Shown: positions 39,764 through 50,197 of the stretch, in pieces | Numbering within the stretch: position 1 is the first letter of the stretch | How the letters are laid out: each line of letters opens with the position of its first letter | Assembly (NCBI RefSeq): GCF_006345805.1 | Contig: NC_042997.1 | Coordinates: 39,246,001-39,310,000 of the forward strand | From: Octopus sinensis | Lineage: Eukaryota | Length of the DNA: 64,000 nt | Direction: 5' to 3' | Notes under the pieces: generated by a model | What the model was told of the DNA's origin: nothing | Seen by the model: the letters and a program-made list of their open reading frames with translations, nothing else | The model's database searches: none | Made by a program: the position numbers and the translations under genes

Positions 39764-39915
39764 AGAGTTTACAAAAAAAACAAAAGACGAAGACAGGTGG
39801 TGTACAAAACAAACAGATGTATTAGTATAACGCTCAGAAATAGAAAAAAGTCTTTTACGTTTCAAGCATATGCTCTTCTACAGAAAGGGACACAGAAAAA
39901 ACAAGGAGAGAAACA
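39761..39915 (-). mobile_element. Penelope-like pLTR fragment (P1)
   Basis: Starts directly after (TA)n; closely similar to 807-962. Confidence 0.5.
39850..39888 (-). ncRNA. Minimal hammerhead-like motif, family P1
   Basis: RC: CTTT-CTGTAGA-A-GAGC(ATAT)GCTT-GAAAC-GTA-AAAG. Confidence 0.5.
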
Positions 39916-40933
39916 AGGGTCAGTAAGAACAAGTGTATCGAAATATTTATTATAGAAGATTAACAAAACATTGGGATTAGATATTTTAGACATATTTAGA
40001 TATATCTAATTTCTATCTTTTGTGAAAATTTCAAGTGAATGGAATAAATATTTCTTAAGTTATGAGGAAATAAACAAATAATCTTATAAACTGCAACTGC
40101 CAAAAGTTAAGGGTCACTTAGGAAAACAATGAAAAATGGAACAAGAACAAAAAAAAAAACCCTTACTATTTATATTTTGTGAACATCCCTTTACTATCAA
40201 TGACTTTCTGACATGTTACCACAGGACTGAATTGTATGACAGTGGCATCTGTTTACTATTAGCATGCGCATACACACAACTATATGACTAGCTTCTTTCA
40301 GTTTCTTTTAGCAAATCTAATCACAAGGCCGTGGTCAACCCAGGGCTGTAGTAAAAGACACTTGTTTGGGGTGCTACACAGTGGGACTGAACCTGAAATC
40401 TCATAGTTGTGAAGCGAACTTTTTTACCTCATAGCCATGCCCTGCACGAGCATACATTCGGCTAGTGTAGTGTCTAGGTGATCACATGCTCCCGTTCAAC
40501 CAATTTTATAAAGTGTGATGTTGCATGAATAACTTGGTCTCTTAGTAGCTGTTAACCTTACCTTTCCTTACAGATGAGTTTCATCTGGCTACACTTTTAT
40601 GCCCTTCCATACATTTTTCCAAACCTTATTGTGTCACTTTAGTTACAGACTGGTAGACCAGGTTAGCTACTCTTTATTTTCTCTCTCCCCCACTCCATCT
40701 CTCTTTCTTCTCAATTAATGCTCCATTGTTCATCTTAGCTTTGTTTTATTACCATCTCTATAGTTGGGAGCTGAGTAGAATCCAAATAATGGTTTATTCA
40801 CACACAAAGATAAGCCAGTCAATACTGTTTATATTAAATATATTTAGCCCAGCCCAAGTAAAGCTCAATAATCAGCTTTATACACCACGTTTTCCTGATA
40901 CCTTGTTCTCTGTGACCTTTCGCTGCAACGGTC

Positions 40934-41655
40934 ACACACACACACTCGCACACACACACATGCACACACATATACACACACACACACACATAACAAGCAC
41001 ACACACATTTTTTCTCTTTCTCTTGTTTTCTCTCACTAATATACACACGCATATATGCAAACACATACACTCATATATGCAGACACACACACTCATACAC
41101 TGACACACACACACTCATACACTGACACACACACACACTCGTACACTGACACACACACACACACTCGTACACTGACACACACGCACTCGTACACTGACAC
41201 ACACGCACTCGTACACTAACACACACACACTCGTACACTGACACACACACACTCATACACTGACACACACACACTCGTACACTGACACACACACACTCGT
41301 ACACTGACACACACACACTCGTACACTGACACACACACACACTCGTATACTGACACACACGCACTCGTACACTGACACACATACACTCGTACACTGACAC
41401 ACACACACACTCGTACACTGACACACACGCACTCGTACACTGACACACACACACACTCGTACACTGACACACACACACACTCGTACACTGACACACACAC
41501 ACTCGTACACTGACACACACACACTCGTACACTGACAACACACACACACACACACAGACACACACACATGCACATACACACACACACACACGTACACAGA
41601 CACACACTTGTACACTGACAAACATACATTTACACACACACATACACACACACAT

Positions 41656-41696
<41 letters not shown>

Positions 41697-41700
41697 CACA
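40934..41700. repeat. CA-rich minisatellite, unit ACTCGTACACTGAC(AC)n, about 20 copies, within (CA)n
   Basis: Direct reading; core array about 41090-41540. Confidence 0.95.
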
Positions 41701-42260
41701 CTGTCTATGCTTCCATCATTTTTGTAACATTGCAAAGCCTTGAATTATAATATGGAATGTAAATTAATATACTTCAAATGTCACTCATCATATAATCTAA
41801 TTTTATTTGTTGTTAGATTTACTTTTGAATTTCAAGTCTCTGGAAAAAGAAGGCTGAAACTTCCTCTTTTAAGCTAACATTGGCTTATTGTCAGAACTGG
41901 AAATATTAACAAAAGCAACTGTTTGTGGGTTTTTTACTTCAAAGGATAATAATTTCATGTACAGTTTGTGAATTTCACACTGTTGGTCATTATTTCCTTC
42001 TGTACATCCCCTATACTCAGTTACATTTGCCTTGAAAAGAACAGAGTCAACAAAGGGTCTATTATCTCTCTAGTGTTAATGTTACAATAAAATGTTCCTA
42101 GTACAGTCCGTAATATAGCTAGCAATCAAACAGAGATAACCATAGAATTGAGAGGATTCTTTAGTTGTGTGAGGACATGACATACTGGTACCATGATAAA
42201 ATGTAGCCAATGTACTCTGTTTAGTGGTTGGTAATAAGAAGAGCATCCAATCCTAGTATA

Positions 42261-42585
42261 GGAGCACTCCGTCGGTTACGACGATGAGGGTCCCAGCTAA
42301 TACGATCAACGTAACAGCTTGCTCGTGAAATTAACGTGCAAGTGACTGAGCAATCCACAGACACGCGTACCCCTAACGTAATTCTCAGGGAGATTCAGCG
42401 TGACACAGAGTGTGACAAGGCCGGCCCTTTGAAATACAGGTACAACTCATTTTTGCCAGCTGAGTGAACTGGAGCAATGTGAAATAATGTGTCTTGCTCA
42501 AGGACACAACGCATCGCCGGGAATCGAACTCACAACCTTACAATCGTCAGTCGAATGCCCTAACCACTAAGCCACGCGCCTTCAC
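42261..42585 (-). mobile_element. Hybrid SINE: B-type head with C-type tail
   Basis: Flanked by CAATCCTAG at 42248-42256 and 42585-42593 (TSD). Confidence 0.75.
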
Positions 42586-43192
42586 AATCCTAGAAACTGT
42601 GCTAAAATGCGAATGTCCAAACCATGCAAGTTCTTTTAATTTGGAGTTATTCTTAGATAATAAGAATTGAAGTAGATGTCCAACCCATGCCTGCAAAAAA
42701 AAATGGATGTAAAATGACATGATGAACTGATGGTGTCTCCATGTATAACTTTTTCACATCTCCTTAGTAGTTGCCACATTCGTGAGCTTTATTGTTCACT
42801 TTCCATGTTTACATGGGTCAGAGGTAATTCATTGAGGTAGATTTTTTTGCAGCTGGATGCTCTTCCTGTTACCAATTTGCACCTGTTTCAAAGTAAGGTA
42901 ATACTTCCCTGCAACTGGTTGTTTTCATGGAAAATTGGAAATGGACACCAACCTGTATGTTGGTGACGCACACTTAGAACTATCTAACAATAATTGTAAA
43001 CTATCAGACACATGCATGTGCATATGCACACACACTCAAATGCATAATGGGCTTCTTTCAGTTTCTATCTATCCACAAGGTTAAAAACATTTGCCCAACA
43101 TGCCATACAGTGAGACTGAACCTGAAGCCATGTGGTTAGGGAGTAAACTTCTTGCCAACACAACTATTCCTGCACAATCACACACACATATA

Positions 43193-43343
43193 TAACGGGA
43201 AGGTTTATGAAAATAAACAAAAGACGAATGCAGGTGGAGTACAAACAAATAATTGTATTAGTATGGCACCCAGGAATAGAAATAAAACAAGTCTTTTACG
43301 TTTCGAGCCTACGCTCTTCGACAGAAAGATACACAGAAAAGAA
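43193..43343 (-). mobile_element. Penelope-like pLTR fragment (P1)
   Basis: Closely similar to 4041-4200; followed by (TA)n. Confidence 0.5.
43291..43329 (-). ncRNA. Minimal hammerhead-like motif, family P1
   Basis: RC: TCTTT-CTGTCGA-A-GAGC(GTAG)GCTC-GAAAC-GTA-AAAGA. Confidence 0.55.
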
Positions 43344-43357
43344 TATATATATATATC

Positions 43358-43409
<52 letters not shown>

Positions 43410-43547
43410 CGGAGATGTACTCGCATAGCAAGTAATTTGATCTGAGATCGTGTGCTGAAACGAAAACAATTGCAGCGTGGAAGGTGTTTATAAGCCATTT
43501 AAGAAACACACAAAATCCGTTACATTCACTTCAACATTTAAGATTAA

Positions 43548-43597
43548 TTTGTCAAAATATTTTCGTCACTAAAATCCGCGACCTGTTCACTGACAAA
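43548..43597 (-). ncRNA. Minimal type-I hammerhead-like motif with G3-C8 core (family P2, left arm)
   Basis: Reverse complement TTTGTCA-GTGAACA-G-GTCGC(GGATTTTA)GTGAC-GAA-AATATT-T-TGACAAA; stem II fully paired with one G-U. Confidence 0.6.
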
Positions 43598-43622
43598 GTC
43601 CATGCTGAGATGCAGCATGGAC

Positions 43623-43672
43623 TTTGTCAGTGAACAGGTCGCGGATTTTAGCGCCGAAAATATTTTGACAAA
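43623..43672 (+). ncRNA. Minimal type-I hammerhead-like motif with G3-C8 core (family P2, right arm)
   Basis: TTTGTCA-GTGAACA-G-GTCGC(GGATTTTA)GCGCC-GAA-AATATT-T-TGACAAA: 7-bp stem I, core, stem II, GAA, palindromic stem III. Confidence 0.55.
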
Positions 43673-44259
43673 TTAATCTTAAATGTTGAAGTGAATGTAA
43701 CGGATTTTGTGTGTTTCTTAAATGGCTTATAAACACCTTCCACGCTGCAATTGTATATATATATATATTATATATATATATATAATATATATATATATCC
43801 ATCCTATTCTGTCTCATATTCATGTTGTACCTGGACAACATCTCTTTCTTTATTTCTTTCTCTCTCCCACTTTCCAGATGGGCAAGCCATGTATTCACCT
43901 CTTCAGCAAAATACCAGCTTCTCTCACCCTATCATAGTTTTTTTCTTATTCCTCCACTTTATACTCAACTCAGTTGGTGGGTCTTCTCTTGCAGGTCCTT
44001 GGTGACCTCACCAATGCTGGTGCCACATAAAAAGTAGATAGTAAGAGTATCCAGCTGCGGAAGCCATACCAAAGCTTTTAGTTCATCTGTTCTTGCCAAG
44101 CCATCCACCTTATACTAGCATGAAAAAGGGGACATTAAATGATGATGATGATGTGTGAAAATAACAAAACAGGAAACTGGAAAGTTTTTGGTATTATTCA
44201 CCGTTCCACGTTTCATTTGCTGGTAGTAATTACAAAGTTTTACCTTAACTAACTATATG

Positions 44260-44490
44260 GTGTGTGTGTGTGTGTGTGTGTGTTTGTGTGTGTGTGTTTG
44301 TCCCCCCCACCATTGCTTGACAACCAATGTTGGTGTGTCGTAATTTAGTTCAGCAAAAGACCAATAGAATAAGTCCTAGGCTTACAAAGAATAAGTCCTG
44401 GGGTCAGTTTCTGTAACTAAAAAAAAACCCTTTAAAGCAGTGCTCCAGCATGGCCACAGTCAAATGGCTGAAACAAAAGAAGAAAAGAAT
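44260..44490 (+). mobile_element. SINE-A 3' half
   Basis: Tail module only. Confidence 0.7.
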
Positions 44491-44618
44491 ACCAGTTATT
44501 ACAAAGTAAATTTCACATATAATATACTGTCTTCCATGTTAATAAATCTCACTACAATATTTTAGGTGCCCTAATAATTAATATTACACAATTACATTTT
44601 AGGGCACAGCAAGGTGGT

Positions 44619-44849
44619 TTAACCCTTTAGTGTTCGCATTATTCTACCAAAATTAATGCTTCTTCATCCACATTGCCTTGAACTAATCATGCATTATCTT
44701 GTAGCTATGAGATTTTGATGAGGTAGCTGTTTTAATTTTTAAAACGATATTGTAGGGTTGGTGTGAGAGACCAGATCTGGCCAGTTTGAACATAAAACAG
44801 GCAGAATACTTTTGGCCGGATATGGCCGGTTTAAATGCTAAAGGGTTAA
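44619..44849 (-). mobile_element. TTAA MITE
   Basis: Perfect TTAACCCTTTAG/CTAAAGGGTTAA ends. Confidence 0.8.
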
Positions 44850-45796
44850 GCAAACTATTCAATCCCTATGGTTGGAAGGGCATCCAGCCGTAGAAACACT
44901 GCCAGATCTGACTGGCCTGGTGCAGCCTTCGAGCTTGCCAGACCCCAGTTGAACCGTCCAACCCATGCCAGCATGGAAAGCGGACGTTAAACGATGATGA
45001 CGATGATGATGATGAATATATAAACGCTTTTACATTGCAAGGCATTCTAGTGCTTCATATAAAAAAACACATGTAGTTATTTTTTTCTGACAGTTTTTTG
45101 TGTATTTTATTTTTTTACTAGGTTAGAATATTTCTGTTTTTCTAAGTTTTACTTGATAACTTTTAACTAGGACGTAAACATATGAAAGCACTTTTAGAGA
45201 AAATCTTAACCATTGTGAAGAAGTTATCCTTGGTCACAAGTACTTTTACCATTGTTAATATGTGGCAGTAAGACCTTCATCTGAGTGCTCTGAACTGGAA
45301 TCTAGAAAGTAAATGTGGAGGGGGAAGAAATGTTAATGAATTTTAAGCAGTTTTTAAATCTATTTTCATTCTGACTAAAGTAAAATTACTTCATTAATTT
45401 GAAAATTTTTTTTTTTTTTCCTTTCTTAATTATGATGGCAAATAAATAGCAATGATTGATCTTGTTCTTGCTGTTGTTGTCCAGCAATTACAACTTATTG
45501 ACTACCAGTCACTTAAATATGTTTTGACTTTAACTATGAACTTGTGACTTAAGATTATATTATGGTAGAGAAATACAGATATTTGGATATAAATTGCTGG
45601 CAATATGAAGTCTGATGACCTAAGATAATAGCTACATACAATTAGTGCTCAGAGCCAACTTCCTACTTAAACTCTTAACTTTAAATGCAGCTTAAAATGC
45701 TGGGATGTTATAGCTGCCTAAATAATGACTGGTTATATAGTTAATATATTGATCAAGCTGGTACTTGTATACTAGAATAAAATTTTTTTTTTTTTT

Positions 45797-46165
45797 AAGC
45801 ACTCCGTCGGTTACGACGACGGGGGTTCCGGTTGATCCGATCAAAGGAACAGCCTGCTCGTGAAATTAATGTGTAAGTGGCTGAGCACTCCACAGACATG
45901 TGTACCCTTAACGTAGTTCTCGGGGATATTCAGCGTGACACAGAGAGTGACAAGGCCGGCCCTTTGAAATACAGGTACAACAGAAACAGGAAGTAAGAAT
46001 GAGAGAAAGTTGTGGTGAAAGAGTACAGCAGGGATCACCACCATCCCCTGCCGGAGCCTTGTGGAGCTGTAGGTGTTTTCGCTCAATAAACACTCACAAC
46101 GCCCGGTCTGGGAATCGAAACCGCGATCCTATGACCGCGAGTCCGCTGCCCTAACCACTGGGCCA
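45797..46165 (-). mobile_element. SINE-C
   Basis: Highly similar to 37869-38261. Confidence 0.85.
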
Positions 46166-46712
46166 ATAAAAGTATAGACAAGTAAACAACTAATATTGGG
46201 TCATATTTTTCATACAACACATAGGGAGGAACAGGCTTTAAGAAGTTTATATTACAAAATTTAGGAAAAAGAAACACTTTCACCTAACACTTGAAGAGAC
46301 TGACGTAAAGTTTCCAAATTATATGCCAAGGGTAACTGTTGAAAAACTGTGGTTGAGACCTCTTTCTTTTGATAGATTACTGGTCTTTTCTTTTTTTTTT
46401 TTTTTTTAAGATAAGTTTTGATCTTGGCACAGTAATCTACTAAAGTACTTATCAGTTGCACAGTACTGTTACTTAATTTACAGCTGCAAGCTTTGCCGCT
46501 TGCAGTACCTACTTACAACTACGTCAGCTCAGCTTTTGAAAGCTAAGTGTTTTTTTGATTACAGTACTGGTTGCAGGATACAACTCATTCACTCCGTAGC
46601 TGGTTGTCCAGTACTTTCACGTTTGACCATCTATATTCTCTCCAGATTTTTAATTGTAGAATGTTAATATAAAAATATTTTAATATTTATATTATTTACC
46701 TACAGCAATATA

Positions 46713-46883
46713 GGCGCAGGAGTGGCTGTGTGGTAAGTAGCTTGCTAACCAGCCACATGGTTCCGGGTTCAGTCCCACTGCGTGGCATCTTGGGCAAGTG
46801 TCTTCTGCTATAGCCCCGGGCTGACCAATGCCTTGTGAGTGGATTTGGTAGACGGAAACTGAAAGAAGCCTATCGTATATATG

Positions 46884-46922
<39 letters not shown>

Positions 46923-47117
46923 TTGTGTTTGTCCCTCTAGCATTGCTTGACAATCGATGCTGGTGTGTTTACGTCCCTGTCACTTAGCGGTTCGGCAAAA
47001 GAGACCGATACAATAAGTACTGGGCTTACAAAGAATAAGTCCCGGGGTCGATTTGCTCGACTAAAGGTGGTGCTCCAGCATGGCCACAGTCAAATGACTG
47101 AAACAAGTAAAAGAGTA
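46713..47117 (+). mobile_element. SINE-A (GCTAACC subfamily)
   Basis: Full-length. Confidence 0.85.
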
Positions 47118-49511
47118 AGAGAGCAATGTTCCAAACAGTCATTCAACACTTACATGATATTTTTATAAATTATCTTTTAGAATTCCTATTGTATGTTTTT
47201 TTTGTTTTGTTTTGTTTTGTTTTTTAATTAATTTCATATGAAATAGTTATATAGTTCTATAATTGGAATGTCTCTAGCAATCAGTCTTCTAAATTTATGT
47301 ACATTTATTAAATCTTTTGAATCTGTCTTTTATGTAAATGGTAATTGTTTCTAAAGTAAGCCTTGGATTTGAGTGAACAATAAGGGCTTATCATAACTGT
47401 CTCCTTTCATTTTTCTGTCTGAGGACTATGAAATGCATCTTTTAATTTGGACTCAATGCTCTTACCTGAATGCTTTTGCTAACTCCTATATTTGCTAAAT
47501 ATCATGTCTCATGTATCTTTTATCTTCTTAAGTGTATGAATCCAGAATTGTATTCTTTAGTTTGGGTGTAACCCATATAACTGTGTCTCTAAAACTTTCA
47601 GGTATTTCATTCAGCAAGTCATATTTATTCTAAAATGTATAAAAACAAAATTGCTTTATATATTTTTGCAACAAAGCTAACTGCATGCACTTGACTGTGT
47701 TGTAAATACGGACCCCTTATTGTCTCCTGTTTAACTTCCATTCTTGTTTGACTTGGTTAGATTTCCATAATGAACCCTTACATCATGAACTTTTCATCTT
47801 ACTGCTTGAAACATTTCATTTTCCCACTAGTAATCAGTCTTCTAAATTTACATACATTAATTAAATTATATTTTTCTCCAGTTATTATGTTTAGGAGTAT
47901 CTGCCAGTGAAGGTTGATCATTCATATGCACATATATATGCAGGCCTAGACAAGATTTTTGAGGAAGATTGGCAGTTGCCCATGCATGCATGCAAGTCTT
48001 CCATCTCTATGCCACTGATGTTTATTCCAGGGAAAGGCCACTGACAGTACGGTTTAGCATCAATGCTATTGCAGACACTGCTATCAAGATGTAAATATTC
48101 AGAAGGGAAACCTCAAATCATCTTGCATAACCTGCTGATAGTTTTGCTAATCAATCATTCTGAATTGGTACTTTTTTATCAACCTCTAAGAATGAAAGGC
48201 AAAGTTGGCATTGGTGGGATTTGAACTTATAGTGAGGAGAGTCAGAACGCACTGTATCCAACACTCTTACAACTCTGCCAATGTACCACTTCAGTCACTA
48301 AGTTCTCTCTTTACTCACTACCCTCCCTCATACAGCATTCCATTTCTTGTGAATGCTTCTTGTATTCGAGCTTCATCTGGTCTGTACAGATTGAATTGCA
48401 ACTGAAGTATCATAGAAACATTTTTTTATCCACTTCTAACGATTATAATTGCGCAGCAAGTTAAACTCAGGAAGGAAAATCGTAGAATAAAAATAATTAT
48501 TATTCAATGCAGAATAATTTAGCTCAAAATAAAATGCAACTTTAGTTGAACTACACTTAATTTGCATACAAGAATAGCAAGGAATACAGTTACCATTATA
48601 ATATGCTTTTGTTGATGAGGCTTTCCAATAAAGCCAAAACATGTCTGGAGTTGTCTGTGTACTCTTAAAGATCAGACTCACTCCCTGCTGCATTCCATAT
48701 TAAACTGTATTTAATTAAAATATTTTGGCTTACCGAAGTATGTTAGCATCTAATTTACTATTAATTTGCAAGCTATCATGTTTATGATTCAAGTCCTGTT
48801 CAGTGTAACTTTATAAGCTGGGTATAATTCACCATACTAAATTGTAGTTGACATTAGTCATATACCCACAAGTATCTAGGAGTTGTGAAGCTTCAGTACT
48901 AAGAGTGTCCTCTGGTTGTGATTTAGGACCTACTTTCACTAACATTTTTCCTAAGATTAAAATGACATTACCTAGATTTTATTTTTGTTTTTAGTTTAAG
49001 CCTATGACTATACAAACTGCTTCAGTTTAAAAAACCCCAAAAAAACAAATAATTTATGTAAGAACTTGTTCGTTCATATTTTTATAACTACTTGTATGGA
49101 CTAATATGCATACATTCACATAGGTATACACAATACCCAATTACCGAGTAACAGGCTATCAGTTCATTCTTCAGGTACAACCCTTCCACATTAAGCAGGT
49201 GTGCCCAGATTCCTCTTGATTACTGATAACATGTAGCAATGCAAAATGGAAATTCAGTATGAGCCAATGACTAGATCAAGCTGTAGAATAAATAGGTAAA
49301 AAGTTCAGGGAGATTAGTGGTGGTTTGCATCAGCACAGATTCTATTTATTGGTAAGGTGTAAAGTTTCTTTAAGTTTGTATATAATTGATAGAAGCATTT
49401 CTAGTGTTTTAGGGAATGTAAAGGGTTTTTTTTTTCTTAGCACATGAGTAAGAAAGAGAGAGCATGGACACAGTGAAGAATAACAGGAAATAGTTGAAAA
49501 TTAGTTGTTGT

Positions 49512-49800
49512 CATCATCATCATCGTCATCATCATTTAACGTCCGCTTTCCATGCTAGCACGGATTGGACGATTTGACTGACTGAGGGCTGGTGAACCAG
49601 ATGGCTGCACCAGGCTCCAGTCTTGATATGGCAGAGTTTCCACAGCTGGATGCCCTTCCTAATGCCAACCACTCCGAGAGTGTAGTGGGTGCTTTTTACG
49701 TGCCACTGGTACAGGGGCCAGTCAGGCGGTGCTGGCAACGACCTCGCTTAAATCTTTTTACACATGCCACTGGCACGGGTGTCAGTAAGGCGACGCTGTA
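49512..49800 (-). mobile_element. RTE 3' UTR fragment (D)
   Basis: Family match, 185 bp upstream of a kinase exon. Confidence 0.75.
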
Positions 49801-49984
49801 TACATGAAAAGGAAATGGTTGAAAAGAAAAAGATTAGAGATGAAGCAAGAACAAGAGTAAAGGGAATTATGAGTGCTTTTTGTTGTTGGTTTTTTAAATT
49901 CTTAACTCGTTGTTTTTGTGGTGAAATCAGAAATAAACAATCATCCTCACAACATCTTTAAAAACCTTCACATTTGTTTTTCAG

Positions 49985-50197
49985 AGGCAAATTTGCGGTT
50001 GTGAAAAGGTGTGTCAACCTAGAGACAAATGAAGAAGTTGCTGCCAAGTTTATTCGCAAGAGGCGTCGAGGGAAAAACTGCCGGGACCAGATATTACGGG
50101 AGATTGTAATGCTAGAGTTGTCTCGACCCCATCATCGAGTTGTGGACCTCATAGAAGTGTTTGAAAGTCCAACAGAGATGATACTCATCACTGAATA
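49985..50197 (+). CDS. STK17A: STK17/DRAK coding exon, 213 nt (subdomains I-V)
   Basis: Acceptor tttttcag|A GGC AAA TTT; donor ACT GAA TA|gtaagt. Confidence 0.93.

Larger units (their letters stand above)
43408..43754. mobile_element. Fold-back element (P2): unit 43408-43607 plus inverted partial copy 43613-43754, probable inverted Penelope-like pLTRs
   Basis: Arms 43466-43607 and 43613-43754 are 142 nt each with 2 mismatches and a 5-nt loop AGATG; flanked by (TA)n on both sides. Confidence 0.7.
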
